The notes under the pieces were generated by a model that was not told the origin of the DNA, searched no databases, and was given only the letters and a program-made list of their open reading frames with translations. Below, piece after piece: positions 1 through 11,696 of a stretch of DNA of 64,000 nucleotides. Origin of the DNA: Nitrospirota bacterium. Lineage in GTDB: Bacteria; Nitrospirota; Nitrospiria; Nitrospirales; Nitrospiraceae. The stretch is taken from assembly GCA_963701855.1 (NCBI GenBank), contig CAVPBK010000005.1:256001-320000 (forward strand), read 5' to 3'. The translations under genes and the position numbers were made by a program. Each line of letters begins with the position of its first letter. Within the stretch, counting starts at the first letter, position 1.

Positions 1-991
1 CGCCATCAGTATTGCTCGGCCCGACGACGAACTGGCCAAGCTCATGGTGGCTGTGCTGGGCTTTGCCATGGTATTTAAAGCTACCGAGGTGGTGAAATAC
101 TGGTTTGAATCCCAAGTCAAATCCAAGTACACCATCTGGGTCGAAAACGGCGTTTTCCTTGTCCTCGCCGCCATCAGGGTCGGCCTCATTCTGGCCCAGG
201 CATCGCTCTTGGCCTTTGTGTGGGCGGCGTTTGCCGAAGGGCTTCTGGTAGCTGTGGGCTTGCTGTGGGTGTATGTATGGCGGGGCGGCGTCTTGGCTGT
301 ATGGCGTATACGATACAGTCGCGCGAATGCCCTGCTCAAGGACAGTTGGCCACTAATTTTTTCCGGTCTGGCCATCATGGTCTACATGCGCATTGACCAG
401 ATCATGCTGGGACAGATGCTCGGTGACAAGGCAGTGGGCATATACACTGCAGCCGTGCGGATTAGCGAAGTTTGGTACTTCATCCCGATGGCCATCGTTG
501 CGTCGGTGTTTCCTTCGATTATCGTGTCCAAAAAACAAAGCGAAGCACTGTATTACCAGAGGTTGCAGAAACTCTATGACCTCATGGTTTTGTTGGCCTT
601 GGTGGTGGCGATACCGATGGCCGTTCTGTCGGATTGGTTGGTTGTTTCGCTCTTTGGGGATGAGATGCGCAAGCCGGTGCAGTGCTAGCATTGCATATCT
701 GGACCGGCCCGTTCGGGTCTTTATCGGTTTGGCCAGCGGTAGGTGGTATCTGACCGAAAACCTCCAAATGCTCGCCTTAAATAGAGCCCTCCTAGGTGCT
801 GTTGTAAATATTCTGGCTAATCTGCTTCTGATTCCGGAGTATGGAATCGTCGGTGCGGCGATGGGGACAGTGCTGTCGCAGATGGCGGCATCCTATCTTT
901 TTGATTTCTTTACCCCAAGACGCGAAATACTTTTTGGATGAAAACAAAATCCTTTGTGCCATTTTATCGATACAAATTTTACAGGTCTTGA
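1..991 (+). pseudogene. wzx: O-antigen/polysaccharide flippase (Wzx-type), 5' end outside window, frameshifted
   Basis: Multi-TM ORF 44-688 with IYMRIDQIMLG/VGIYTAAVRISE motifs. Continues in another frame (LLLIPEYGIVGAAMGTVLSQ, ORF 393-941) and a third frame ending at TGA 989-991. Confidence 0.8.
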
Positions 992-2065
992 GTTCTAACT
1001 CCAAGTGCAACACTACAGGCCCTGATGGGCTATGGTGTTGCCATGCCAACAAGATGCTACAGACACATGAGTGCCGAAGACCGTGAGACCTTGAGTCTGG
1101 GCCTGGCCCACGGCCATTCGCTCCGGACGATGGCGAGGGTGTTGGGACGCGCGCCCAGCACCCTGAGCCGCGAGTCGGCCCGCAACACCACGCGGGGCCG
1201 CCCCTATCGTGCCTGCACGGCGCAGACGCGGGCGGCCGCCCGGGCCCGTCAGCCGCGGCGACCGCGCAAACTCCTGGATCCCTGGCTGTGGCAGTATGTG
1301 CAGGACCCAGCTGGCCCAGGGCTGCTCGCCCGAACAGATTGCCGGGCGCCTCCGACGCGCGTATCCTGACGACATGCGGAAACAGCTCTCGGCCGAGACC
1401 ATCTATGTGGGGCTGTATGTGTTGCCCCGCGGCACCCTGCGGAGCGCACTGTTGGCCGCGCTGCGTCAGGCGCGCAAGGCGCGCCGGCCTCGGGCGCGAG
1501 GGACGGATCGACGCGGCCAGATCCCCAACATGACGCCGATTGCCGAGCGTCCCGCCGAGGTGGCCACCCGCACGGTGCCCGGCCACTGGGAAGGCGACCT
1601 CATCAAGGGGGCCCGCAATGGCTCGGCCGTCGGCACCCTGGTGGAGCGGACGACGCGCCTGGTCATCCTGGCCAGGATGGACGGGACGGATGCGACGAGT
1701 GCCCGAGCAGGGCTTCACGAAGAAACTCCGGCACGTGCCCGCGCTGCTGCGCAAAACCCTGACCTATGATCGGGGGAAAGAGATGGCCGAGCATGAGCGC
1801 TTGGCCGAGCGGCTCGCGATCCAGATCTTCTTTGCCGATCCGTACAGCCCGTGGCAACGCGGCACCAACGAAAACACGAATGGCCTGCTGCGCCAGTACT
1901 TGCCCAAGGGCACGGACTTGTCGGGCTACACCCAGCGCGAGTTGAACGCCATCGCCCATCGGCTGAACACGCGCCCCAGAAAATGTCTGAACTTTGCCAC
2001 GCCCCTGGAAGTCTATGCGCACCTGCGCCATCATTCACCCGTTGCACTTGGAACTTGAAACCGCC
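985..2065 (+). mobile_element. IS30-family insertion sequence with a transposase split over three frames
   Basis: HTH (RVLGRAPSTLSRE), WEGDLIKG, TLTYDRGKEM and PWQRGTNENTNGLLRQYLPKG motifs in ORFs 1025-1369, 1209-1769 and 1540-2058. Inverted repeat core TCCAAGTGCAAC (1000-1011) / GTTGCACTTGGA (2041-2052). GC jumps sharply relative to the flanks. Confidence 0.93.
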
Positions 2066-2254
2066 GGTTCTAATGTTTAGACATTAGCCGTGCTTGTAAT
2101 GAGGTTCACTCAAATCCGCTCTCAGTTGACCTTCCATTGCCTGCGGACCACCTGAAGCAATGCCAACCGGACATCCGCTTGGTCTAGTTGCATAGATGGA
2201 CATCAAAGGTTGGGCGGCCACTCGACCTCATTAGAAAGTCGACTAACTTACCCT

Positions 2255-3260
2255 ATGTTTGCCGAGGATTTTTCTTTCAAACCGCCTGGTCCCTTACAAA
2301 CTGCAGTCCTATTGTTGGCATTCAATCGACCAGACGTTACATCGAGGGTCTTTGAAGTGATTATGAGCGTCAAGCCGCCACGTTTGTACGTGGCCGCTGA
2401 CGGACCAAGGGCGAATCGACCAGATGAGTTTGCTAAGTGTAGCGAGGTAAGGGCGATCGTTTCGAAGGTCGATTGGCCCTGTGAGGTTAAGACACTCTTC
2501 CAGATAGAAAATCTGGGCTGCAAGCTTGCGGTCAGTTCAGCGATTACTTGGTTCTTCAAGCAAGAGGAAGAAGGAATCGTTCTTGAAGACGATTGCTTGC
2601 CGAGTCTAAGCTTCTTTTGGTTCTGTCAAGAGTTGCTGGAGCGGTATCGCCATGATACCCGAATTTGGCAAATTTGTGGATTCAATCCCGTGGCGGCGGG
2701 TAATAGTCAGGGAGAAGATTACTATTTCACAAAAAATGGTCCTGTATGGGGCTGGGCCTCATGGAGGCGTGCCTGGTCTGTATACGACGTTAGCATGTCT
2801 TGTTGGCCAGATGTGAGAAGGAAGGAGCTTTATCGGGCTTTCTGCAATTCCCCAAAAGAGGCGCTTTGGCGACGTAAGTTATATGACAAGGTCTTTTCAG
2901 GAGAGATTAATACTTGGGACTACCAATGGGGTTTCTCTAAGTTCATAAACAGCTGGGCTTTGTGTTTCTCCCACAAAGAATCTGATTACAAATATTGGAT
3001 TTAGTGAAGAAGCAACTCATACAAAGAAAGGCATCCTGTATCCAAGCGGGGAACGCGGTTGGCCCTTGAGGCACCCCACATATGTGATAAGATCGTTAGA
3101 AAAGGAGCGTGAATTTTTCAGCATTTTGTCCTGCCTGGAGGATGGTTGTCTCGAATCTGGCGCTCCTAATGCGCTTGAAAGAGTGCAACCCCCACATAGA
3201 CGAATCTGTGGGGAGGCGATGAGCAACTGTTCAACGTGGTGGTGGGTTATGATGTTCTAG
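2255..3260 (+). pseudogene. Nucleotide-diphospho-sugar transferase (GT-A fold), frameshifted near 2955
   Basis: AFNRPD, LYVAADGPR, GIVLEDDCLP, WGWASWRRAW and TWDYQW motifs. The C-terminal NLITNIGF lies in a shifted frame. 3' end is approximate. Confidence 0.75.
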
Positions 3261-3528
3261 CCGTCCACGTTGCCGCGGTGCGTATATCAAAGAGTTCATT
3301 ACAAGGCGATGTGATTCCAATTGTCCCGGCCGTTAATGAAGCCAGAGACATGCGAAACTCTGGGAGTCAATGATCCTGCTTGCCCTAGCTCGTATTCATT
3401 GATGACTCGCTGTGTGACTGGTGGTGGGAGTGGGGAATTGTAATAGGCTGATCTGAATCGAATCCTTCTTCATGTTTTCACGAGAAATATAAAACGTGCC
3501 ATTCTGGACGAACACGAGTGGGCTCTTC

Positions 3529-4320
3529 ATGCAAAAGATGATGTCGTGGCCAGAAGCCCCTACTCGAACGCTACAGGTCCGAGAGCGATTCGTCACAAAG
3601 GCGCTCCTTCAAGGATGTCGGCCGTAGGGTCTATCCCCAATACGACGAAGACAGCATCCTTCTTTATACATTCGGCTTCATTGGTAGCACACCTATTGTG
3701 CAGTAGAAATCTGAGCCGGAGATGGTATCGAGTGCAACACGGCCAATCTACTGCTGAATCATCGTTGAACCGGACTGCTGGTAGATGGCAATGCGGAAAA
3801 TGTGCGGCGCGCAAGGGATTTCTATCGCGCCAGGGCGGAGACGAGACATTGGCCATCCGATATCGCTCAAGCATGGCTAGCTAGAGGGACCTCAACGAGG
3901 TTATTGTAAACGCCGGCTACTCAGGCGAGATTGAGCTGCTGTCGCTGGACGTGGATGGAGTGGACTTCTGGCTTTGGGAGGGGCTTTCAGTCGCGCATCC
4001 GAGAGTGGTGGTTTTGGAGTACAACTGTCTTCTCAAGCCAAATGTGTCATTGTCCATCCCCTGCCGTCTCGATTTCGTCGCCGAGCTCACCAAGTACGGC
4101 AGCGACTATGCGGGCGCATCGCTCCAGGGGGTTCATCAGCTCTGGCCGCCGAAAGGGATATCGTTTTGTTGGGACCAACGTATTCCTTGTGCGGAACGAA
4201 ATCTCGCCAACTCTGCTTCCTGACGCCAACTCGCTAGTAGCGTTTAATCACCCCGTGCGAAGTTCGGGGATGAGCGGTAGATATCAAGCTATCAAGGACA
4301 AGGAGTGGGTGCAAGTCTGA
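3529..4320 (+). pseudogene. FkbM-like/SAM-methyltransferase-fold protein, disrupted
   Basis: Fragments QYDEDSILLY, GDGIECNTANLL, ELLSLDVDGVDFWLW, PRVVVLEYN and GYRFVGTNVF spread over several frames, with an in-frame TGA at 3712-3714. Confidence 0.6.
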
Positions 4321-4370
4321 GCTCCCTTCGTGGTCCCATCCTGATTTTTTCTATAAAAGAGTCCCATAAA

Positions 4371-5478
4371 GTGCGAGTTACTCTTATCACCACGATTGTG
4401 CACAATATCGGTGACGATTTTGTGCGGGAAGGTATCCTGCATTGCTCGACTCGATCGGAGTGCTAGATAGTGCAGAATTCATTCACAAGCACTCACCAAT
4501 CACGGCGGTGTATGGCTTCGAGAAGTATCGTAGGTACCGTGTTTCGAGGGCATTAGATCCTGCCACTCGCGTTTTGCGACTGAAGGACCGGGTGAGTGAG
4601 GCCGATGTCCTAGTACAGAGCGGCGCACCCGTTTACTGGTGTCATCTGAACGGGCCTCACTGTTCTGACAACGAGTGGTTCGATCCCCTAATCCGAAAGC
4701 GTTTCCTGCCAGATCGCCGCGGGCGGGCGTTTCTGAACGTCGCCGGTGGAAGTTGCCAGCGGTATCACTCCGACGGAAGCGAGATCTCCTCGTGCCAAAA
4801 GTGCGGCGACTACGTCCGTGAGTTTTTTGATGCGTGCGCACTCACGATCCTTCGGGATCGTTTGGCGCGTGCGATGTTGAACCGCGTCGGTCGGGACGCA
4901 CAAATTCTACCTTGTACTTCTATTTTCGCGAGGGACCGCTTGGCTTGACGCCGCAACCAGGCGAATTTGTGGTAATTAATTGTATGGAGAACGGGGGGCA
5001 TTACACCTTCGGGCAGGCAATTGACGGAGCTCGTTGGAGGCGGCAGTTTCAAGACATTGCCCAGCTGGTGAAAAAGATGGGCAGAGTGGTGGTTGCCTGC
5101 CATAACAAGGAGGAAGAGAGATTGGCAAAGATGCTTGTGCCGGACCTAGAGCGTTTCCTAGTTCCCAATGATCACTTGGAGTTTATGAAGTTTTATGCTC
5201 GTGCAAGATTCGGAGTCGTAAACAGAGTTCACGCGGGATTTATGATGGCATCGTTCGGTAAGCCAGTTGCCGTGATCGGTAACGATAGTCGTGCGCGAAT
5301 GATAGAGAGTCTCTCTTTGCAGTCGCATTTTGTGGGCGATATTGAATCGGAGTCAATTGAGAAAGTTGTAGAGTCTGTGAGTGCAAGAGAATTTTCGTAT
5401 TCAGATGAGGTCGACGCGATTCGATCAGAATCTCGAAGAGAATATCTCAGAGTTCTGGAAGCTGCCTTGCTTCGGTGA
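4371..5478 (+). pseudogene. Polysaccharide pyruvyl transferase family protein, frameshifted
   Basis: N-terminal HNIGDDFVREG, middle TILRDRLA and C-terminal VNRVHAGFMMASFGKP motifs. Two frame changes at about 4440 and 4930. Confidence 0.7.
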
Positions 5479-5548
5479 GATGTTTAGTGCACGTGCGTAT
5501 AGAAACTTTAGTCAATGCCTTCGTAGCTCGACATATTAACTGATTTGT

Positions 5549-6776
5549 ATGGCTAGGCGGTTGCGAATACTTCTGAGTCACATGCGCAACTTAGTTTGGG
5601 CAGTGATGGATGGTGTGGTGATACGTTTGATAAGGCCTGCCGCGTCTCAGTCTCGTATGCTGATAATCCGACCAGACGCCATAGGAGATTTTGTCTTGTG
5701 GTTGAACGCCGGACGAGAACTATGCGCGCACTCTCAAAAACAGGGTTATTCGGTAGTCCTGATCGGTAACGCCGTACTGGCAAATGGGCGAGTGATCTTG
5801 GATTGGGCGACGAAGTGTGGGCTCTGGATACGGATCGCTTTTTATACAACCTGCGGTATCGGTGGAGCTGGCTTAGGCGCCTGCGTAGGGCAGGATTTGC
5901 AAAGGTTATTCATCCCGTCCATTCCCGTGTTTTTCTCGTTGGTGATGCCTTGGTACGGGCGGCTAACGCGGCGGAACGCGTCGCACCTGAGGGGGATTAC
6001 AGTAACACCACCTTCTGGCAAAAGCACTGGAGCGACAGATGGTATTCACGACTAATCCCCGAAACCTCAAAGGAGTCGATGGAGCTTCTGCGGCATGCAG
6101 AATTTATGCGTGGTCTTGGGTTGTCGAGCTTTGTGGCGCAGGTTCCAAAGTTGCCATACGCAAAAGCGGTGTCAGGATTTAGTTCGGTTTCTAAACCGTA
6201 TGCCGTTTTGTTTGTAGGGGGTAGTTGGGAGGGAAAAGTATGGCAAGCGAGAAATTTTGGGGAAATTGGCTTGCGCTTGCGAGAAGGTGGAGTCAATATC
6301 GTGCTAGCTGGTGGTCCTTTGGATCGCGTTCAGGCGACAAAAACATTAGATTATTTGAGTGGGAATGCAATTGATCTTATTGAAAAGACGAGCCTTAGCG
6401 AGCTCGCGGAATTCTGCGAAATGCGGTGGTGGTTCTGAGTAATGATACAAGTGCAGTGCACATCGGGGCGGCAGTCGGCGCGCCAGTGGTGTGCATTCTG
6501 GGTGGCGGACACTACGGTCGGTTCTTGCCGTATGTCGTTGAGAAACAGGAACCGTCTTGCCCAACACCTATTGTGGTGATGCAACCCATGTCATGTTTCG
6601 GTTGCAACTGGCGGTGCATTCATCCCCGAAAACGGGGAGAGGCTGTGAAGTGCATAAGTGATATCTCAGTGGAACAAGTGTGGCGCCAATTGGAGGGGGT
6701 TTTGCCGGCGTGGAATCGAGAAAGGACCGGGTCAGGCAAGATTCGTAGCTGGCCGAAAGAAGAGGCGTGGAAGTGA
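5549..6776 (+). pseudogene. Glycosyltransferase family 9 (heptosyltransferase-like), frameshifted
   Basis: IRPDAIGDFVL, GGSWEGKVW, KTSLSELA and SNDTSAVHIGAAVGAP motifs in three successive ORFs (5549-6055, 5803-6438, 6426-6776). Confidence 0.8.
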
Positions 6777-6779
6777 TCG

Positions 6780-7010
6780 GCATTGCCTTTTGCCGCACTC
6801 TTATTTGCTCTTGGCCAGGGAAGCAGAGAAGTTATTGCACAGGTGAATCTTGAGGTTGTAAACCTTGGCTATCTCGCTGACGCTAGTTTTTGTTTGCAAG
6901 TGGCCTACTCCGCCGTCGATGTCTTTGTAGCCCCCCGCATTTTATAGAAGCGTTCGGAAAAACTATTGCAGAAGCGATGGTCTCTGGCACAGTCGGCTGT
7001 GGCGATTCGG
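6780..7010 (+). pseudogene. C-terminal fragment of a GT4 glycosyltransferase
   Basis: Translatable remnants AYSAVDVFVAP and EAFGKTIAEAMVSGT (ExF..EAM motif). No intact ORF. Confidence 0.5.
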
Positions 7011-7019
7011 TCAGGCAGA

Positions 7020-7469
7020 GCATCCGCGTCGCGCGTTGGGAGATCGTCTTGGCGAGATCGAACTAAACAGATCCGGCAACTTGGTCAGTAGTTCGATCCT
7101 TCCCATGCTTACATCGCAAGTAGTGCGACGCCTGAATATGCTTATCTTGGACATGAGTCGGCTCTGCTGATCACGTTGGACTCGGTTGTGCAGCTTTCTT
7201 TCGAATGTGCTCAGGCGCCGTTTCTCAAAATTGATACACAGGGTTATAAATGGCATGTCCTCGACGGAGGGATTGAAACATCGCCAAAGGTACGTGGAGT
7301 CCAGATGGAGTTATCCCTGGTTCCGCTGTACGATGGTCAGCGTATCAGGCGCGAGTGCATTGAACGCCTGGAAGCAGAAGGTATTGTGGTGTGGGCGCTA
7401 TATCCAGTGTTCGTCGATCCAGTGAATGGGCGCACTCTGCAATGGGATGGATTGTTCTTCCGGCTATGA
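7020..7469 (+). pseudogene. FkbM-family methyltransferase fragment
   Basis: ALGDRLGEIELNRSGNLVSSSILPM, then FLKIDTQG..VLDGG and LQWDGLFFR. N-terminus missing. Confidence 0.65.
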
Positions 7470-7625
7470 ACCTTTATGAAGGCTGGAGTGCAGGGGTTGA
7501 AGAATCGGAGTGATTTGAAACGCTCACGTCAAGTTGACACCCCATTTGAATGGGATCAGATGCTAGAGTTCCCGAACCAAACTTAGATTGCATAAAGCAA
7601 TGTTCTGACGTAGGTAGCATACGAA

Positions 7626-8543
7626 ATGAACCCTCCTTTTCCCCTTATTTCAGTCGTCACGCCTTGTCTCAATGGTCGCCCATTCATTGAGGAAGCAATT
7701 CAGAGTGTACTCGACCAGGACTATTCCCATGTGGAGCATATTATTGTTGATGGGGGATCGACTGACGGGACACTCAAGATTATCAATAAATATCCGCATT
7801 TACGTGTGGTCAGTGAGCCAGATCGAGGGCTTTACGACGCACTCAATAAGGGCGTGCGGTTAACCAAGGGCGACATCATTGGCCATCTTAATTGTGATGA
7901 CTTCTATGAAAAACGCGTATTTGGACAGGTGTCTGAAAGGTTTAGGGAGGCGCCTGATATAAATGCGGTTTGCGGAGGCGTGGAAGTATTTGAGCATGGC
8001 CAGGGGGGAGAGAAGCGTGTCATTGCTCAATATATGCGTCCCAAGGATTTGGAGCTTTCGTTTGAAAATGTGACCACTGGTCCGGCCATGACGAATGCGA
8101 GATTTTTCAGAAAGAGGGTCTATGAAAAAATCGGACTCTATGAGACGCGTTTCGGTCTTGCTGCTGATCGAGAGTTTCTCATTCGTGCGACCGTGGCGGG
8201 AATCGAGAGTATCGGAATACCGAGTGTGTTGTATCACTATCGGGCACACTCTGGGTCATTGACATTTAGTCATGGTAGTCCTAATCGCTTGAGGATGCTC
8301 AATGAGTTCTTGGAGATTGCTGAAGAGCATATACGGACAAACGGCAAACGCGAACCGATAGAGCCATTCTGTCGAAATTGGCATGCCAGAACGACAGCCG
8401 AAGCTGCTTTACGAGCATTGCGTGAGGGGAACTATAAATTAGCACTGAGCTATGCGAGACGTGGACGAACGTATAGGCCATCGTGGCCGGTTAACTTCAT
8501 GGCTGTTCTTCTCCGAAGAATCACGACCGGTCAGAGCCATTAA
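7626..8543 (+). CDS. Glycosyltransferase family 2
   Basis: ISVVTPCLN, IIVDGGSTDGT, SEPDRGLYDALNKG and HLNCDD motifs. Confidence 0.92.
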   Translation: MNPPFPLISVVTPCLNGRPFIEEAIQSVLDQDYSHVEHIIVDGGSTDGTLKIINKYPHLRVVSEPDRGLYDALNKGVRLTKGDIIGHLNCDDFYEKRVFGQVSERFREAPDINAVCGGVEVFEHGQGGEKRVIAQYMRPKDLELSFENVTTGPAMTNARFFRKRVYEKIGLYETRFGLAADREFLIRATVAGIESIGIPSVLYHYRAHSGSLTFSHGSPNRLRMLNEFLEIAEEHIRTNGKREPIEPFCRNWHARTTAEAALRALREGNYKLALSYARRGRTYRPSWPVNFMAVLLRRITTGQSH

Positions 8544-8556
8544 TCCAGATGAATCC

Positions 8557-9399
8557 ATGAAAGTTTCCTTAATTGTAGCGACTGTTGGGCGAACATCCGA
8601 GTTGCACAGATTGTTGACTTCGTTAGACGCCCAGACCTACAAGAATTTTGAATTGATTGTTGTTGATCAGAATCTTGATGATCGGCTCGAGAAGGTGATT
8701 GCTTCATTTTGTGATCGTTTGACGATTATCCATCTGACGTCGCCACTTGGTGTTTCGCGAGCTCGCAATGCGGGGATTAAGAAAATAACAGGAGACATCG
8801 TGGGGTTTCCCGACGATGATTGTTGGTACCCCCATGACCTCTTGAAAAATGTCCTTCGATCCCTGGAGGAAGGTAACTGTGATGGTATAACAGGTCGGAT
8901 CATAAGCCATGATGGGCAAGTGAGTCCCATGGCGCGGTTTGATGAGACAGCAGGCCTCGTGTCTTTGACGAATGTCTGGACGCGAACATGTACCTTTACA
9001 ATTTTTCTCAAGCGAAAAGTCGTAGATGCAATTGGAGGCTTTGATGAAATGATGGGGCCGGGTGCTGGGACTCCCTGGGTGGGAGGAGAGGACATCGATT
9101 ATCCTGTCAGAGCGATCAGTGCCGGGTTCAACTTACTTTACCTGCCCAAGATTCAAGTCTTTCATCCTAATCCATTCGACCGAGGATGGGAGGAAATGGC
9201 TAAACGCGCTTATGTCTATGGTATGGGGATTGGAAGGGTCTGGAAAAAACACCATTTTCCACTGTGGATTGTTGGATACTATTTGATCCGGCCATTTGGG
9301 GGAGCGTGCGTGAACCTTATAACAGGAGAGTGGCCAAAAGCCTACTATCACTGGAATGCTTTGTGCGGCAGGTTTAAAGGCTGGAGATCAAAATTATAA
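8557..9399 (+). CDS. Glycosyltransferase family 2
   Basis: MKVSLIVAT, ELIVVDQN, GVSRARNAG, FPDDDCWY and GGEDID motifs. Start moved to ATG 8557. Confidence 0.9.
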   Translation: MKVSLIVATVGRTSELHRLLTSLDAQTYKNFELIVVDQNLDDRLEKVIASFCDRLTIIHLTSPLGVSRARNAGIKKITGDIVGFPDDDCWYPHDLLKNVLRSLEEGNCDGITGRIISHDGQVSPMARFDETAGLVSLTNVWTRTCTFTIFLKRKVVDAIGGFDEMMGPGAGTPWVGGEDIDYPVRAISAGFNLLYLPKIQVFHPNPFDRGWEEMAKRAYVYGMGIGRVWKKHHFPLWIVGYYLIRPFGGACVNLITGEWPKAYYHWNALCGRFKGWRSKL

Positions 9400-9422
9400 G
9401 TGTCCGCACATGAGATTCAAAC

Positions 9423-10487
9423 ATGAGAGTGTTACAGGTTGTTGCAGATGGTAATCCTGGCGGTGGAACAACCCATGTCCTCCAAATTCTCCGTGGACTC
9501 CGGTCCACACATTCGATCGGGCTTATTACCCAAAGTCAGTCCTATTTATTTCATCAAGCAGAAGTACTTGATACTCCTGCTTACGGATTACATTTTTTTC
9601 GCAGTCGATTGAATCTTGCAGTCTCTTTCGGACTGAACAAGATTTATTCCGAATGGAAGCCAGATCTCATTCACGTGCATGGAGGACGGGCCGGGTTATT
9701 CCACGCGATTATTGGGACGACTGTCCCTACTGTGTACACGGTCCACGGGTTTCATTTTTCACACAAGCCTACTGGAATACGATGGCTTGCGACGTTTATT
9801 GAAGGGGTTACCATCTCTCGTGCCAATCGTATAATTTTTGTGTCGGAGCATGATGCTAATATTGCAAGAGCTTGCAATATTCTTCCGGACAATAAACCCA
9901 CCACCATTATCCATAATGGTATTCAGTTTCGTGAGATTCCAGAAAGCCACACAACCCTGGCCAAGCATGTGGGATTCGTAGGTCGGCTAGAGTACCAAAA
10001 AGATCCTTTCTTGTTTCTGGATGCGCTGGAACACCTGCCCGATTACACTGCGACGATGGTAGGGGGAGGCAGCCTTGAATCTGCTGTTAAACAGGAAATC
10101 ACCCATCGGGATTTGGCAAAGCGTGTTCGTCAGGTAGGCCCACTGTCTCACGCGGAATCGTTACAGATTCTTTCGACATTTGATGTCTTACTCTTAACCT
10201 CTAGATGGGAGGGATTGCCGCTTGTTGTGCTGGAGGCAATGTGTGCGGGGGTGCCTGTTGTAGCAGTGAATGTCAGTGGGCTATCAGAAATAATCGAGCA
10301 TGAAAAGAATGGCCTGTTAATAGACGAACGATCTGGGAAGGCCTTGGCATGGGCGGTCAGAGCAGTGGTAGAAAATCAGGAGTTGCGAACAGAAGTAATT
10401 AACCAGGCGCACCAACATGTGCGTAACCGTTTTTCCGAAGAAAACATGTTGTCTGAAATCCTGAAAATCTATGCCGCGATGGTGTAA
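9423..10487 (+). CDS. Glycosyltransferase family 4
   Basis: GGGTTHV, FVGRLEYQKDP and SRWEGLPLVVLEAMCAGVPVV motifs. Confidence 0.92.
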   Translation: MRVLQVVADGNPGGGTTHVLQILRGLRSTHSIGLITQSQSYLFHQAEVLDTPAYGLHFFRSRLNLAVSFGLNKIYSEWKPDLIHVHGGRAGLFHAIIGTTVPTVYTVHGFHFSHKPTGIRWLATFIEGVTISRANRIIFVSEHDANIARACNILPDNKPTTIIHNGIQFREIPESHTTLAKHVGFVGRLEYQKDPFLFLDALEHLPDYTATMVGGGSLESAVKQEITHRDLAKRVRQVGPLSHAESLQILSTFDVLLLTSRWEGLPLVVLEAMCAGVPVVAVNVSGLSEIIEHEKNGLLIDERSGKALAWAVRAVVENQELRTEVINQAHQHVRNRFSEENMLSEILKIYAAMV

Positions 10488-10511
10488 TAACGAAGACTAT
10501 GGCAGAGAGCT

Positions 10512-11696
10512 ATGAAAGTTGCGATTGTACACGATTGGCTAGCGTCCATGCGTGGTGGCGAGCGCTGCGTGGAAGTGTTCTGTGAGTTGTTTCCTCAAGC
10601 CGATCTTTTTACTCTTCTTCATTTTCAAGGGAAGGTTTCTGAAACCATTGAACGGATGCCAATCCATACGTCTTTCATTCAGCACCTACCGTTCCTAAAA
10701 CGATATTATCGTCATTACCTTCCATTGTTCCCATTTGCGATTGAACGTTTTGACATGCACGATTACGACCTGATTCTTTCGTCCAGTCACTGCGTCGCGA
10801 AGGGAGTTCGGAGGCTTCCGGGAACGTTGCATGTCAGTTATACGCACACGCCCATGCGATACGCATGGGATCTCTACGATGCATACTTTGAGGACAGCGC
10901 TGGTCTGGTCAAGAGTCAAATTCTTCGGACTTTGATGGCACATCTTCGACGTTGGGACGTACAGGCGTGTGATCGGGTTGACCGTTTCGTGGCGAACTCT
11001 CATCACGTTGCGGATCGAATTAGAAGGCATTACGGGAAAGAATCCATTGTTGTATACCCACCCGTAGATTTTGATCGATTTGTTCCCTCGGAAACCGATG
11101 ATGGGTTTTATCTGGTCGTATCGGCATTAGCTCCCTATAAGCGAGTGGAACTGGCAATTGAGGCGTGTAATGTGACAAAGCGACCCCTCAAAATCATTGG
11201 TACGGGGCAGCAATATCAATTCCTTAAACAACATGCAGGACCAACCGTGGAGTTGCTGGGGTGGCAGCCTGATAAGGTGATCACTGAATATTATCGTCGT
11301 TGCAAGGCGTTGTTGTTTCCTGGGGAAGAAGATTTTGGAATTGTTCCGCTCGAGGTCATGGCCTGTGGCAAGCCAGTCATTGCATATGCCAAGGGAGGCG
11401 CATTGGAGACGGTTGTGCCGTTGAACCCTGGTGAGCGAAAGAAGCCAACGGGCAACGCCTTTGGGATGCCACACGGTGATGATTCAGGCAAAAATCCAAC
11501 CGGCGTGTTTTTCTACGAGCAGACTTGTGAAGCACTTATCCAGGCTTTAGAAGTATTTGAACGCTACCGCGACCAGTTTCAACCTGAAATGATTCGCTCT
11601 CATGTGGAACCATTTGACCGCAAGCATTTCAAGGCACGAATCCATGCCGTCATTGAGCAAACCTGGGAAGAATTTCAGCGTACACGGTCATGTTGA
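10512..11696 (+). CDS. Glycosyltransferase family 4 (mannosyltransferase-like)
   Basis: MKVAIVHDWL..GGERC, YTHTPMRYAWD and EEDFGIVPLEVMACGKPVIA motifs. Confidence 0.92.
   Translation: MKVAIVHDWLASMRGGERCVEVFCELFPQADLFTLLHFQGKVSETIERMPIHTSFIQHLPFLKRYYRHYLPLFPFAIERFDMHDYDLILSSSHCVAKGVRRLPGTLHVSYTHTPMRYAWDLYDAYFEDSAGLVKSQILRTLMAHLRRWDVQACDRVDRFVANSHHVADRIRRHYGKESIVVYPPVDFDRFVPSETDDGFYLVVSALAPYKRVELAIEACNVTKRPLKIIGTGQQYQFLKQHAGPTVELLGWQPDKVITEYYRRCKALLFPGEEDFGIVPLEVMACGKPVIAYAKGGALETVVPLNPGERKKPTGNAFGMPHGDDSGKNPTGVFFYEQTCEALIQALEVFERYRDQFQPEMIRSHVEPFDRKHFKARIHAVIEQTWEEFQRTRSC

Noticed and set aside
1025..2058. Programmed frameshifting in the IS30 transposase
   Set aside because: IS30 transposases are normally single ORFs; two shifts without slippery sites indicate decay or sequencing error.
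3712..3714. In-frame TGA at a Cys-like position (EI*AGDGIEC), possible selenocysteine
   Set aside because: The gene has several other frameshifts and lies in a decayed block, and no SECIS-like hairpin was identified; a nonsense mutation is the simpler explanation.
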